A stretch of 64,000 bases of DNA from a virus: the IMG/VR virus record IMGVR_UViG_3300037010_003037, positions 64,001 through 128,000 of that record. The stretch is one strand, 5' to 3'. Positions 1 to 9,332 of the stretch are shown here, in pieces (position 1 is the stretch's first letter; each line of letters begins with the position of its first letter). The position numbers were made by a program, and so were the translations under genes. The notes beneath the pieces were generated by a model. That model saw only the letters and a list, made by a program, of their open reading frames with translations. It was not told the origin of the DNA and made no database searches.

Positions 1-818
1 CGCACAAGGCGTGTGCTGTGCAATCTGAAACTGATCGTTTTATCACAATTGATGGCGATAATATCGTTTATCCAGAGTTCTTTGAGCTAGAGCTAGATAT
101 TCCTGATAATTTAAAGGACGCAACTCTTAGCTGGGCGGGTCGTAACATAATTAATGGGCTTGCGTATGGAAACGGTGGATTAAAACTTTGGACAAAAGAA
201 TTTGTTCTCAATATGCGCACACATGAAAATGCGACACGTGATGAAGAGAAAGTAGATTTCTGCTGGGATGCTAAGTACGTACAACTCAACAACATTTATT
301 CTGATACGTGTCCTAATGGCTCTCCATTCCAGGCATTTAGAGCTGGATTTAGAGAAGGAGTAAAGATGACGCTTGACAGAGGAATGAAGGCTGGTGAAGG
401 ATCAGTATCACGATACGTTCATGAAAAAAATTATCGTCGCTTGCTTATCTGGGCATCTATTGGCGCTGATGTAGAAAATGGACTGTGGGCAATTTATGGA
501 ACACGCCTTGGTATCTACATGGCAAACATTGAGGCATCATTTGATATCGCTCAAATTTCAGATTATGACTGGTTTAAGAATTACTTCTACAATGAGATTG
601 CACCTATGCTAGAAGGTAATAAGACAGATAAGTGTTCACGAACTGGGCAGCGATGGGATAAGAACTTGCTGATTGAAAAAAGTAGAGAACTGTTAGCTCC
701 GTTGCAAAAGAAACTTGGCATGAATATTACTGACATGACTCCAGAACAATCACTATTTTTCAAAACTGTATATGAGCCACCAGTTAGAAACGTTAATCCT
801 TTAATGATTGAAAGCTGA
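1..818 (+). CDS. Glycosyltransferase-like protein (GT-A), 5'-truncated by window edge
   Basis: Frame is open from base 3 (HKACAVQSETDRFITIDGDN). DxD-like IDGD, YGNGGLKLW and AFRAGFREGVK align with AHMAACKKANTQFFYVVDAD, YGYGGVKLF and AFRGAFRESVK of the 11199 gene. Confidence 0.65.
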   Translation, partial: HKACAVQSETDRFITIDGDNIVYPEFFELELDIPDNLKDATLSWAGRNIINGLAYGNGGLKLWTKEFVLNMRTHENATRDEEKVDFCWDAKYVQLNNIYSDTCPNGSPFQAFRAGFREGVKMTLDRGMKAGEGSVSRYVHEKNYRRLLIWASIGADVENGLWAIYGTRLGIYMANIEASFDIAQISDYDWFKNYFYNEIAPMLEGNKTDKCSRTGQRWDKNLLIEKSRELLAPLQKKLGMNITDMTPEQSLFFKTVYEPPVRNVNPLMIES

Positions 819-829
819 TTTAGACATGG

Positions 830-1330
830 AACAGAACGCCTAAATTGTAAAGTAATTTTTAAAAACTAATTTTAATAGACACATATTCAAAATAAATTTA
901 GATTTAATGTATTCATCTAATGAATTTAGTAAACTCGTGTAGAGTATATTCTTACAATGGATTAAATTTGAGAAATACTATGTTCAAACATTTTTTAACA
1001 TCCTAAATAAGAATAGGAATTTTGTTCAAACACAGCGTGTGATGACTATCAATGTGGGGCTATATTTAAATTTTACTGCATTCATGTAAGCTCATGTGAG
1101 GTAATAATATTAAGAGTTAAATATCCTCTCAAGAATTATTTCTATCATCTAATATTTTGCACTTTTCATCATTTCAAACAATACTGTTCTTCCAAAGGAT
1201 ATTATAAATAAAAGTGTTGACAAACTTGAAGAATAGTTTCATAAAAATGAAAATAAACTTTGAAATATTTGATAATGTGATAGTAATTTGTTGACAAAAA
1301 TTCTATAAAAACTAAAAAAAAAAGGCTACT
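830..1330 (+). pseudogene. Probable decayed radical-SAM gene remnant
   Basis: No ORF. Fragments in mixed frames (KTNFN, MYSSNEFSKLV, EYI, NGLN, VMTINVGLYLNFTAFM, TVLPKDIINKSVDKLEE) occur in the same order as NTNMN, IFTSAEGTGKQQEYSRFGMEW, FMTTVNLFSFSTFDKFL, TLLSSEEK of 4381..5772. Aligned by eye only. Confidence 0.35.
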
Positions 1331-1387
1331 GAGGAAAGTTGAATAAAACCTATTGTGTGTAAATCTTGAGTCAATGGTTAATGAAAA

Positions 1388-2302
1388 ATGAGAAAAACTA
1401 AATTATTTAGTGGTGATTTAACACAACAACAACAGATAACACGATTTAAACCAAATTCTGTTATGCTTTTTATTAATGGCAACAGAGATATAAATGATAC
1501 AGAAAAAGCCCTTAAAGAAAACAGAACAACTTATAGTCCGGCTGATGTAAATTATAAATTTAATAGTCATGGATTTAGATGTGATGAATTTGAAGAAACG
1601 AATTCACCGGTAATAGTTTTTACTGGCTGCTCATTTACGTTTGGTAGTAGCTTACCGTTAGAAGATGTATGGGCATACCGTGTAGTAAAAAGATTACGTG
1701 AAGAAGTAGATCCAAATATTAAGTATTTTAATATAGCAAAGCCTGGTGCATCTATAGATTCAATGGTTCGTGCCATTTTGGCATTTAGAAAACACTATAA
1801 TCCAGATGTAGTGGTTGGTTTGCTTCCTCAGATGATACGTTTAGAAATGTTTTGTGATCCGGGCGTAGTTAAAGAAGTTTTTTATGCGTCAGAAAACATA
1901 CGATCTTCAATTGATTATGTTGACCTACCTAATCATGCATTGCAAAATGTGAAAAACTATGAAGAGCTATTTTTCGGTGATCCTTTCTTAGATGCATATC
2001 GTCTGTCAAAAAATTTAGCTATGTTTGACATGTATCGAGAAATAACTGGTTGTGAAATGATTTTGTCATCATGGCAAAAATATGATGAATTATTTGAACA
2101 TATAGGTGATGATTATAGTCATTTGTTTACTCCTTTCTTTTATAATTGTGATATTACATGGCCGTTAAAAATTATAGGAAAGACAAGCAAATATGCTTTG
2201 GATGGTATGCATCCGGGACCAGCACATAATGAAGCTTTTGCTCATCTAATGTACCCACTGGTGAAAGCAGCTGTTGAAAAGAAAATAGCTAATAGAAAAT
2301 AA
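1388..2302 (+). CDS. SGNH/GDSL-type hydrolase or acyltransferase, paralog 1
   Basis: Block I GCSFTFG, block II NIAKPGAS, C-terminal DxxH (DGMHPG); NSHGFR motif before block I. Confidence 0.75.
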   Translation: MRKTKLFSGDLTQQQQITRFKPNSVMLFINGNRDINDTEKALKENRTTYSPADVNYKFNSHGFRCDEFEETNSPVIVFTGCSFTFGSSLPLEDVWAYRVVKRLREEVDPNIKYFNIAKPGASIDSMVRAILAFRKHYNPDVVVGLLPQMIRLEMFCDPGVVKEVFYASENIRSSIDYVDLPNHALQNVKNYEELFFGDPFLDAYRLSKNLAMFDMYREITGCEMILSSWQKYDELFEHIGDDYSHLFTPFFYNCDITWPLKIIGKTSKYALDGMHPGPAHNEAFAHLMYPLVKAAVEKKIANRK

Positions 2303-2356
2303 TTTGTCTAGATGTTTTTATATTGTCTTTAAAGAAATTAAAGATAGAAAAATAGA

Positions 2357-3298
2357 ATGTCTAAATATAAAAAAAAGTTATTCACAGGTAATCTAAAAGA
2401 GCAGCATAATATTTGTCCTATGATGCCTAGCATAACTACACCTATTTGTGGTGTTAATTCTATACCTATTTGTGATAATGCAATCAAGGAAAATAGAACA
2501 GCTTATAGTCCTGCTGATGTAATATATAAGTCAAATAGTCATGGATTTAGATGTGATGAATTTGAAGAAACGAATTCACCGGTAATAGTTTTTACCGGTT
2601 GTTCATATACATTTGGTCTCTGTGTTCCACTAGAAGATGTATGGGCATACCGTATCATAAAAAGATTACGTGAAGAAGTAGATCCAAATATTAAGTATTT
2701 TAATATAGCAAAAGCAGGTTCATCTATAGATGCTATGATTCGCGCTCTTTTGACATTTAGAAAACACTATAATCCAGATGTTGTCGTTGGTTTGCTTCCG
2801 CCGAGATGGCGAATAGAATTGTTTTGTGATCCAGGAGAGATTAAAGACTTAGTACATCAATCAGTAAATTTACGTAAGTTATTTAGTTTTGATATTTCAT
2901 CTGAAACTGAAAAAGAAACACTACTCAAATACGAAGAGCTATTTCTTGGTGATCCTTTCTTAGATGCATATCGTCTGTCAAAAAATTTAGCTATGTTTGA
3001 CATGTATCGAGAAATAACTGGTTGTGAAATGATTTTGTCATCATGGCAAAAATATGATGAATTATTTGAACATATAGGTGATGATTATAGTCATTTGTTT
3101 ACTCCTTTTTGGATGGACCCTGATATAACTTGGCCAGTAAAAATTATAGGAAAAACAAGCAAATACGCTTTAGATGGTGGACATCCTGGACCAGCACATA
3201 ATGAAGCTTTTGCTCATCTAATGTACCCACTGGTGAAAGCAGCTGTTGAAAAGAAAATAATTAACAGAAAAACTAGTTCTTTAGAAGAATTAGAATAA
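2357..3298 (+). CDS. SGNH/GDSL-type hydrolase or acyltransferase, paralog 2
   Basis: GCSYTFG, NIAKAGSS, DGGHPG; long tracts identical to paralogs 1 and 3. Confidence 0.75.
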   Translation: MSKYKKKLFTGNLKEQHNICPMMPSITTPICGVNSIPICDNAIKENRTAYSPADVIYKSNSHGFRCDEFEETNSPVIVFTGCSYTFGLCVPLEDVWAYRIIKRLREEVDPNIKYFNIAKAGSSIDAMIRALLTFRKHYNPDVVVGLLPPRWRIELFCDPGEIKDLVHQSVNLRKLFSFDISSETEKETLLKYEELFLGDPFLDAYRLSKNLAMFDMYREITGCEMILSSWQKYDELFEHIGDDYSHLFTPFWMDPDITWPVKIIGKTSKYALDGGHPGPAHNEAFAHLMYPLVKAAVEKKIINRKTSSLEELE

Positions 3299-3398
3299 CT
3301 GTATCGAATTAAATTCAAAAACGAATATCAGTAAATATATCATTCATTTTATGATGATGTCTCGAAATTGATTAAACATACAAAAGAAAAGGACTAAA

Positions 3399-4319
3399 AT
3401 GGCTGAACATCAAATGATATTTGCAGGTGATCTAAAAACGCAATATTATGTTCGTCCTTTAGTGCCTAACATAACTACACCTATTCTTAATGTTAATTTA
3501 ATACCCACTATTGAAGAAGCTCTTAAAAAGAACAGAACAGCTTATAGTCCCGCTGATGTAATCTATAAGTCAAATAGTCATGGATATAGATGTGATGAAT
3601 TTGAAGAGACAGATGCCCCCGTAATAGTTTTTGTTGGCTGCTCATATACATTTGGCTCTGGCGTTCCACTAGAAGATGTATGGGCATACCGTGTAGTAAA
3701 AAGATTACGTGAAGAAGTAGATCCAAATATTAAGTATTTTAATATAGCAAAGCCTGGTGCATCTATAGATTCAATGGTTCGTGCCATTTTGGCATTTAGA
3801 AAACACTATAATCCAGATGTAGTGGTTGGTTTGCTTCCGCCGAGATGGCGAATAGAATTGTTTTGTGATCCAGGAGAGATTAAAGATCTTGTGTATCAAT
3901 CAGCAAATTTGCAGAAGTTATTTCGTCTTGCAAATTCATCTGAGGCTGCAAAAGAAACATTACGTAAGTATGAAGAGTTTTTTCTCGGTGATCCTTTCTT
4001 AGACGCATATCGTCTGTCAAAAAATTTAGCTATGTTTGACATGTATAGAGAAATAACTGGTTGCGAAATGATATTGTCTTCATGGCAAAATTATAAAGAG
4101 CTATTTAAACATGTAGGTGATGATTATAGTCATTTGTTTACTCCTTTTTGGATGGACCCTGATATAACTTGGCCAGTAAAAATTATAGGAAAAACAAGCA
4201 AATATGCTTTGGATGGTATGCATCCAGGACCAGCTCATAATGAAGCTTTTGCTCATCTAATGTACCCATTAGTAAAAGCTGCTGTTGAAAAACGAATAGA
4301 GAAAAATAGATTAGAGTGA
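3399..4319 (+). CDS. SGNH/GDSL-type hydrolase or acyltransferase, paralog 3
   Basis: GCSYTFG, NIAKPGAS, DGMHPG; long tracts identical to paralogs 1 and 2. Confidence 0.75.
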   Translation: MAEHQMIFAGDLKTQYYVRPLVPNITTPILNVNLIPTIEEALKKNRTAYSPADVIYKSNSHGYRCDEFEETDAPVIVFVGCSYTFGSGVPLEDVWAYRVVKRLREEVDPNIKYFNIAKPGASIDSMVRAILAFRKHYNPDVVVGLLPPRWRIELFCDPGEIKDLVYQSANLQKLFRLANSSEAAKETLRKYEEFFLGDPFLDAYRLSKNLAMFDMYREITGCEMILSSWQNYKELFKHVGDDYSHLFTPFWMDPDITWPVKIIGKTSKYALDGMHPGPAHNEAFAHLMYPLVKAAVEKRIEKNRLE

Positions 4320-4332
4320 ATGTATATCCAAA

Positions 4333-4340
4333 CATAAATA
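4333..4340 (+). promoter_or_regulatory. T4-type late promoter (CATAAATA)
   Basis: Variant of TATAAATA 40 bp upstream of the radical SAM gene. The same box precedes structural genes on the minus strand. Confidence 0.55.
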
Positions 4341-4380
4341 ATTCATACTAATCATCAAGAATAAAACACATATCTATATT

Positions 4381-5772
4381 ATGAGCAATCAGCAAAGAAT
4401 CACAAAACTTAAAGAAAAAATCGAGCAGATTAATGCTGTCAGCCCAACATTTTGCTTAGCAAAATGGAAACAAACAACAACAACGTTGTACAACGGCATG
4501 ACACATTCATGTCACCATCCCTCACCGCATAAAATTCAAGTTGAGGATATCAAGAATAACCCACGTGGCTTACATAATACACCTATCAAAATTGCTGCCC
4601 GTCAAGACATGTTAAATGGCATTCAAACAAAAGAATGTGACTATTGCTGGAATATTGAAAATCTAGGGCAACAACATTTTTCTGATAGGCATTACAAAAG
4701 CGCGTCTGAAAACATGGGTATCTGGCAAACTCTTGAAGAGGTAAAAGCATCAGGCCTTGGAGAAAATATTGACCCGGCATACATGGAAATTGCTTTTGAA
4801 AATACATGTAATTTTAAGTGCGCATACTGTTCTCCAGCCGTAAGTTCTCGTTGGATGGAAGAAGTGCAAGCCCATGGTCCATACCAATTACCTCATCATA
4901 CTCATCACCACTTGGATTGGCTGAAACAAACAGGACAATTTCCTATTCATCATAAAGAATATAACCCATATATTGAGGCATTTTGGAAGTGGTGGCCTGA
5001 ACTATACCAAAATTTGTACACCTTTCGTATTACAGGTGGTGAACCATTGCTCAGTGAAAACACCTGGAAGATCATTGACTACGTGATCGCTAACCCACGT
5101 AAAGACTTTAAGCTTGCTATCAACACGAACATGAACGTGCCTGCTAAGCTGATCGACCGCTTAATTAAAAGTATTAACGAACTTGAATCTAAAATACATG
5201 AGATTGACATTTTTACCTCAGCAGAAGGAACAGGAAAACAACAGGAATATTCACGTTTTGGCATGGAATGGGATGTGTTTGTAGCTAACTGCGAAAAATT
5301 TCTTGAACAAACACCAGAAAGCGTTCGGCTTCAGTTCATGACAACTGTTAACCTATTTTCATTTTCAACATTTGATAAGTTCTTGCTGTGGATTTCTGAT
5401 TTACGTGGCAAGTTCAACAAGGACGTTGCATATAGCCGAGTAGGCTTTTCTGTAGCTTATCTTCGTTGGCCTCAGTTCTTATCTTTGACACTTCTATCTT
5501 CAGAAGAAAAGGCTGATTTTGCTAGAAGACTACAAGCAGTTATTGACGAGACTAATTCTCGCCCACAGTTGCAGCGCTTTTATATAGAAGAAATTGATAT
5601 GATTCATCGTCTCATTGACTTCATTAACTCTGTAGAGAATGGCCAACAGATAGAGATTGAAAATTTTGCAGCGTTTGTAGATGAATATGATAAACGTAAA
5701 GGAACGAATTTTTTTGAGACGTTTCCAGAGCTTGTTGATTTATACAATCGCGGTAAAATCAGAAAAACTTAA
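4381..5772 (+). CDS. Radical SAM enzyme with N-terminal twitch/SPASM-like Cys domain
   Basis: CNFKCAYC (CxxxCxxC), ITGGEP, NTN; auxiliary Cys in FCLAKW, SCHH, ECDYCW. Confidence 0.9.
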   Translation: MSNQQRITKLKEKIEQINAVSPTFCLAKWKQTTTTLYNGMTHSCHHPSPHKIQVEDIKNNPRGLHNTPIKIAARQDMLNGIQTKECDYCWNIENLGQQHFSDRHYKSASENMGIWQTLEEVKASGLGENIDPAYMEIAFENTCNFKCAYCSPAVSSRWMEEVQAHGPYQLPHHTHHHLDWLKQTGQFPIHHKEYNPYIEAFWKWWPELYQNLYTFRITGGEPLLSENTWKIIDYVIANPRKDFKLAINTNMNVPAKLIDRLIKSINELESKIHEIDIFTSAEGTGKQQEYSRFGMEWDVFVANCEKFLEQTPESVRLQFMTTVNLFSFSTFDKFLLWISDLRGKFNKDVAYSRVGFSVAYLRWPQFLSLTLLSSEEKADFARRLQAVIDETNSRPQLQRFYIEEIDMIHRLIDFINSVENGQQIEIENFAAFVDEYDKRKGTNFFETFPELVDLYNRGKIRKT

Positions 5773-5781
5773 TATAACTCT

Positions 5782-5789
5782 CATAAATA
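5782..5789 (+). promoter_or_regulatory. T4-type late promoter (CATAAATA)
   Basis: 25 bp upstream of the 36-aa ORF and carbamoyltransferase pair. Confidence 0.55.
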
Positions 5790-5814
5790 AAATTTTCAAC
5801 TTGTCTTCAAAACT

Positions 5815-5925
5815 ATGAAAAACCTATTAGATAAAATTAAAGAACTTATATCTCAATGGAAATATAAGAAAGCTAGAAAAAAGCGCTTGGCAGAAATGAA
5901 AAAGAAGGATCCATTCATTTATTAA
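5815..5925 (+). CDS. 36-aa basic peptide MKNLLDKIKELISQWKYKKARKKRLAEMKKKDPFIY (absent from the ORF track)
   Basis: ATG 5815 to TAA 5925. Fills the gap, follows a late box and stops 1 nt before the carbamoyltransferase ATG. Confidence 0.75.
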   Translation: MKNLLDKIKELISQWKYKKARKKRLAEMKKKDPFIY

Positions 5926-5926
5926 T

Positions 5927-7405
5927 ATGAATATTTGGGGCATAAATGCAATGAATCACGATGCTTCAATAAGCGTCGTGGATTCTGATACTGGATCTAT
6001 CCTTTTTGCGGGACACGCAGAACGTTATAGTAGAATAAAAAATGATCCAAACTTAAATGAAGGGTTGATAGCTGACGCATGTCAGGTTGGTAAACCTGAT
6101 ATTATAGTTTGGTACGAAAACCCATATGGAAGAAAGATACGTAACCTTCTAAGTGGAGATTTTGAATCTTTTTTTACATGGGAATCTCCGCAAAAGTATC
6201 TTAAAGCATATGGAATTGACGCACCGGTAAAGTATTCAAATCACCATGCTTCACATGCTGCTGGTGGTTTTTACACATCAGGGTTTAATGATGCTGCCAT
6301 TCTTGTTGTTGATGCTATAGGAGAAATGTCAACTGCATCTATTTGGCACGCGCGTGGGGAAAAACTTACTAAAAAATGGTCTTTAAATTATCCCCATTCA
6401 GTTGGGTTGTTTTACAGCGCCATAACAGATCTAGTAGGTTTGAAGCCAAATGAAGAAGAATACATTCTTATGGGAATGGCCGCGTACTCAAAGCACAACT
6501 ATATTCTAACTGATTATGTGCTTAACACGTTCTTTAAAGATGACCTATGTCTAAAGCAAAGATTCAATTTTCATCGTGGTGTAAGAGGTGATAGTTTTCT
6601 TCAATATGTTGCTTCTACAGAGCAAGGAAAATATGATCTTGCTGGAATGGCACAAGAAATTGTTGAAATGTGCGTTCAACGACTTGTTGATATGACAGAG
6701 GATTTTGTGGACTCTGAAAATCTGGTGTATTCTGGTGGAGTTGCGCTAAACTGTGTAGCAAATGAAAAAATACAGCATAATTATAAAAACGTTTGGATTT
6801 TGCCTAATCCTGGTGATGCCGGAAATTCGCTTGGAGCCATAGCAAACTACCTTAGAAAACCACTTAAGTGGAATGGACCTTTCTTAGGTTATGAAATTAA
6901 AAAAGCACTTGATGTTGATGCTATAGTAGAAGAATTACTAACTACTGGTATTTGTGGCGTCGCACACGGAAGAGCCGAGTTTGGCCCGCGCGCATTTGGT
7001 AACAGATCACTTCTTGCAGATCCACGCAGACCGGATATCAAGGATAAAGTAAACAGCATTAAGAGACGTCAAAAATTTAGACCTTTTGCCCCTGCTGTTT
7101 TATCTAGGTTCGCTAACGAGTACTTTTATCTTGACGATACTAGCAAAGATGCTAAGTACATGCAATATGCTGTACCAGTAATTGTTGATAATCTACCAGC
7201 AATCACACATGCTGATGGAACTGCTAGGGTACAAGTTGTTTCTGATGAAGCCACTACACTTAATCAAATTCTCGAGGCATGGTATGTAAAAACTGGTTGC
7301 CCGGTTTTACTAAACACTTCTCTAAACATAAAAGGAGAACCATTAGTGAACACGTGGGAAGATGCTGTTAGATGGCAGAATTGTTACAATGTTAAGGTTT
7401 TTTGA
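5927..7405 (+). CDS. Carbamoyltransferase, NodU/CmcH/TobZ family
   Basis: NHDAS, ERYSRIKND, HHASHAA, VDAIGE, GGVALNC, PGDAG, EFGPRAFGNRSLLADP, KRRQKFRPFAP, HADGTARVQ, LLNTSLN. Confidence 0.95.
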   Translation: MNIWGINAMNHDASISVVDSDTGSILFAGHAERYSRIKNDPNLNEGLIADACQVGKPDIIVWYENPYGRKIRNLLSGDFESFFTWESPQKYLKAYGIDAPVKYSNHHASHAAGGFYTSGFNDAAILVVDAIGEMSTASIWHARGEKLTKKWSLNYPHSVGLFYSAITDLVGLKPNEEEYILMGMAAYSKHNYILTDYVLNTFFKDDLCLKQRFNFHRGVRGDSFLQYVASTEQGKYDLAGMAQEIVEMCVQRLVDMTEDFVDSENLVYSGGVALNCVANEKIQHNYKNVWILPNPGDAGNSLGAIANYLRKPLKWNGPFLGYEIKKALDVDAIVEELLTTGICGVAHGRAEFGPRAFGNRSLLADPRRPDIKDKVNSIKRRQKFRPFAPAVLSRFANEYFYLDDTSKDAKYMQYAVPVIVDNLPAITHADGTARVQVVSDEATTLNQILEAWYVKTGCPVLLNTSLNIKGEPLVNTWEDAVRWQNCYNVKVF

Positions 7406-7412
7406 TAACTCT

Positions 7413-7477
7413 TGTTACAATTTAACATTATCTGTTACACTTTAACAGTTCACAGCTGGTTCTAGGTGGTGTATAAT
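7413..7477 (+). promoter_or_regulatory. Sigma70-like promoter preceded by two palindromic TGTTA-N5-TAACA sites
   Basis: TGTTACAATTTAACA (7413-7427), TGTTACACTTTAACA (7433-7447), then TTCACA (7449) - 17 bp - TATAAT (7472). Confidence 0.65.
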
Positions 7478-7503
7478 TACACATCACTCACTAATGTGCT
7501 GTT

Positions 7504-7815
7504 ATGTCCTACAAGCTTTTCATTGATGATGAACGCTGGCCTATTGATGATGGAACGACATGGGTGATAGCTCGGTCTTCTGCTGATGCTATCACAGCGG
7601 TTGAGTGTCTGGGTGTGCCAGAATATATCAGCTACGATCATGATCTTGGCGGTGATGATACTTCCATCAAGTTTATCTGGTGGTTGATTAACGCGTACTT
7701 GGACAAAAAGATCACAACATTTCCAATCAATTATTATGTGCACAGCCAAAACCCAGTTGGCGCGGAAAACATTCGCTCTCTGTTGTTTAGTTTTATCGAA
7801 TCTGAAGTAAAATAA
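7504..7815 (+). CDS. Cyclic-phosphate-processing receiver-like (cREC) protein
   Basis: LFIDDER, ISYDHDLG, VHSQNPVG motifs; adjacent to an RNA ligase. Confidence 0.75.
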   Translation: MSYKLFIDDERWPIDDGTTWVIARSSADAITAVECLGVPEYISYDHDLGGDDTSIKFIWWLINAYLDKKITTFPINYYVHSQNPVGAENIRSLLFSFIESEVK

Positions 7816-7882
7816 TGTAACTCGACGTGAATTTTTAATTCACAGATGATACAATAGCTTCTAAACTTAAAGTGAGATTAAA

Positions 7883-9025
7883 ATGCTGCACATCTCTAAC
7901 ATCGATGAATTTCGTTCCCATGTAGCGCACAAGGAAGAAATCCGTGAAATGGATATCGGTTTTGATTCCATTTCTTTCTGCTACATGGTCGCTGCTGAAA
8001 AAACGTTTGATGATGCGTGGGCACTCGAGTGTCGTGGCATTGTTTTTGATAAAGTTTCTGGTCGTGTGAGTGGTCGACCATTGCACAAATTTTTTAACGT
8101 TGGTGAACGAGAATCCACGCTTCCTGAAAATCTTGATTGGTCAAAGGTTGTGCGTGTTATGGATAAGCGTGATGGATCACTAATTCATACGGTGCAGACG
8201 GCTCATGGTGTTAGGTTAAAATCTAAGAAGACATTTAGCTCAGCCGTTGCGCTAGCTGCTGAAAAATGGATGCGTGAACAGCCGGGTCAGCACGTCCTAT
8301 CTTTTGCTAACTTTGTCACTGCTCAAAATTTAACAGCTATCTTTGAATGGACGGCGCCGGATGCTCGCATTGTGCTGTTCTATCCAGAAGCTGAACTACG
8401 ATTGTTGCATATTCGTCATAATGAAACTGGCGATTATGTTGCTGGGAACATCTTAAAAGAATGGGCTGAAAAATTTAACGTGAATGTTGTTGATGAAGTT
8501 GATGAATTCTTTGAAGCCCAAGGTAGTCAGACCACATTCAATCATCGCAAGATGTTGGAAGCAGCGAAGACTCGCGAGGGTATTGAAGGCTGGGTTGTCC
8601 AGTTCGAGAATGGTGACATGGTCAAGGTAAAGACCGATTGGTACCTAAAACGCCACCATGCAATGACATTTCTTCGTGAACGAGATATCGCGCAACTAGT
8701 TTTGGACGAAAGCTTGGATGACATGAAGTCGCTGCTGGTTTCAGAAGGCGTCAACATTAATGAAATTCTTGAGATTGAAGAGCGTGTTCTTCATGACCTA
8801 CGCGAAATTGCGTTGACTGTTGACATGATCTATAGTGAAGATAAGGACTTGCCACGAAAAGATTTTGCGATCAAGCACAGCTCACACAAGTACTTTGGTA
8901 TGCTGATGGCAAAGTACAGTGGTAAAGAGCCTTCGTTTAAGGACTACTTCGCGCGCAATGTGTTGAAGAACAACTACAGTCTGCGTCAGTTAGTTCTTGT
9001 TCCTTCAGTTGCTGAAGGTGATTAA
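7883..9025 (+). CDS. RNA ligase, T4 Rnl1-like
   Basis: ECRGIVF, PLHKFFNVGE, motif I KRDGSLI, IFEW, EGWVV, KVKTDWY. Confidence 0.9.
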   Translation: MLHISNIDEFRSHVAHKEEIREMDIGFDSISFCYMVAAEKTFDDAWALECRGIVFDKVSGRVSGRPLHKFFNVGERESTLPENLDWSKVVRVMDKRDGSLIHTVQTAHGVRLKSKKTFSSAVALAAEKWMREQPGQHVLSFANFVTAQNLTAIFEWTAPDARIVLFYPEAELRLLHIRHNETGDYVAGNILKEWAEKFNVNVVDEVDEFFEAQGSQTTFNHRKMLEAAKTREGIEGWVVQFENGDMVKVKTDWYLKRHHAMTFLRERDIAQLVLDESLDDMKSLLVSEGVNINEILEIEERVLHDLREIALTVDMIYSEDKDLPRKDFAIKHSSHKYFGMLMAKYSGKEPSFKDYFARNVLKNNYSLRQLVLVPSVAEGD

Positions 9026-9083
9026 CTAACTGAAGCTAAATAACTTCCAGTTTTCTACATTTCAGGTCAAGCACTTAAGGAGC

Positions 9084-9332
9084 ATGCATAAACTCAAGAT
9101 GTACATTTTTGTCGAAAAAGAGTATAATCATACTATGACTGGACAGGCTGCTATGAAAAACACTCAAAACGTAGTACCAAGATTGCTGATGAATCTTTCA
9201 TCTAATGAAAGAACTATGAAAAATGATTTGAAATCAAAATCTAACGGAACTAAACACAATAATAGAAAGAACAAACAAGTGATACCAGCGTTGTTCAAGC
9301 CATTTGTCTGTAACCATAATCTAGGGTGCTAA
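9084..9332 (+). CDS. Hypothetical protein (start uncertain, may be spurious)
   Basis: Fills the gap, but a TGTACA-17-TATAAT promoter (9100-9128) lies inside its 5' end. Confidence 0.3.
   Translation: MHKLKMYIFVEKEYNHTMTGQAAMKNTQNVVPRLLMNLSSNERTMKNDLKSKSNGTKHNNRKNKQVIPALFKPFVCNHNLGC
9100..9128 (+). promoter_or_regulatory. Sigma70-like promoter
   Basis: TGTACA - 17 bp - TATAAT. Confidence 0.5.

Larger units (their letters stand above)
1388..4319 (+). repeat. Tandem triplication of a ~1-kb gene unit with mosaic identity
   Basis: About 1659-1827 matches about 3670-3838 (copies 1 and 3); about 1976-2135 matches about 2948-3107 (copies 1 and 2); the FWMDPDITWPVK segment is shared by copies 2 and 3. 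Confidence 0.9.

Noticed and set aside
1388-4319. Diversity-generating retroelement (TR/VR) explanation for the near-identical repeats
   Set aside because: All three copies are full ORFs, differences are not adenine-specific and include length changes, and no reverse transcriptase is in the window.
5927-7405. Confident call as DNA 5-hydroxymethylcytosine carbamoyltransferase
   Set aside because: No dCMP hydroxymethylase or thymidylate-synthase-like partner in the window and a late-type promoter; not excluded, but unsupported here.
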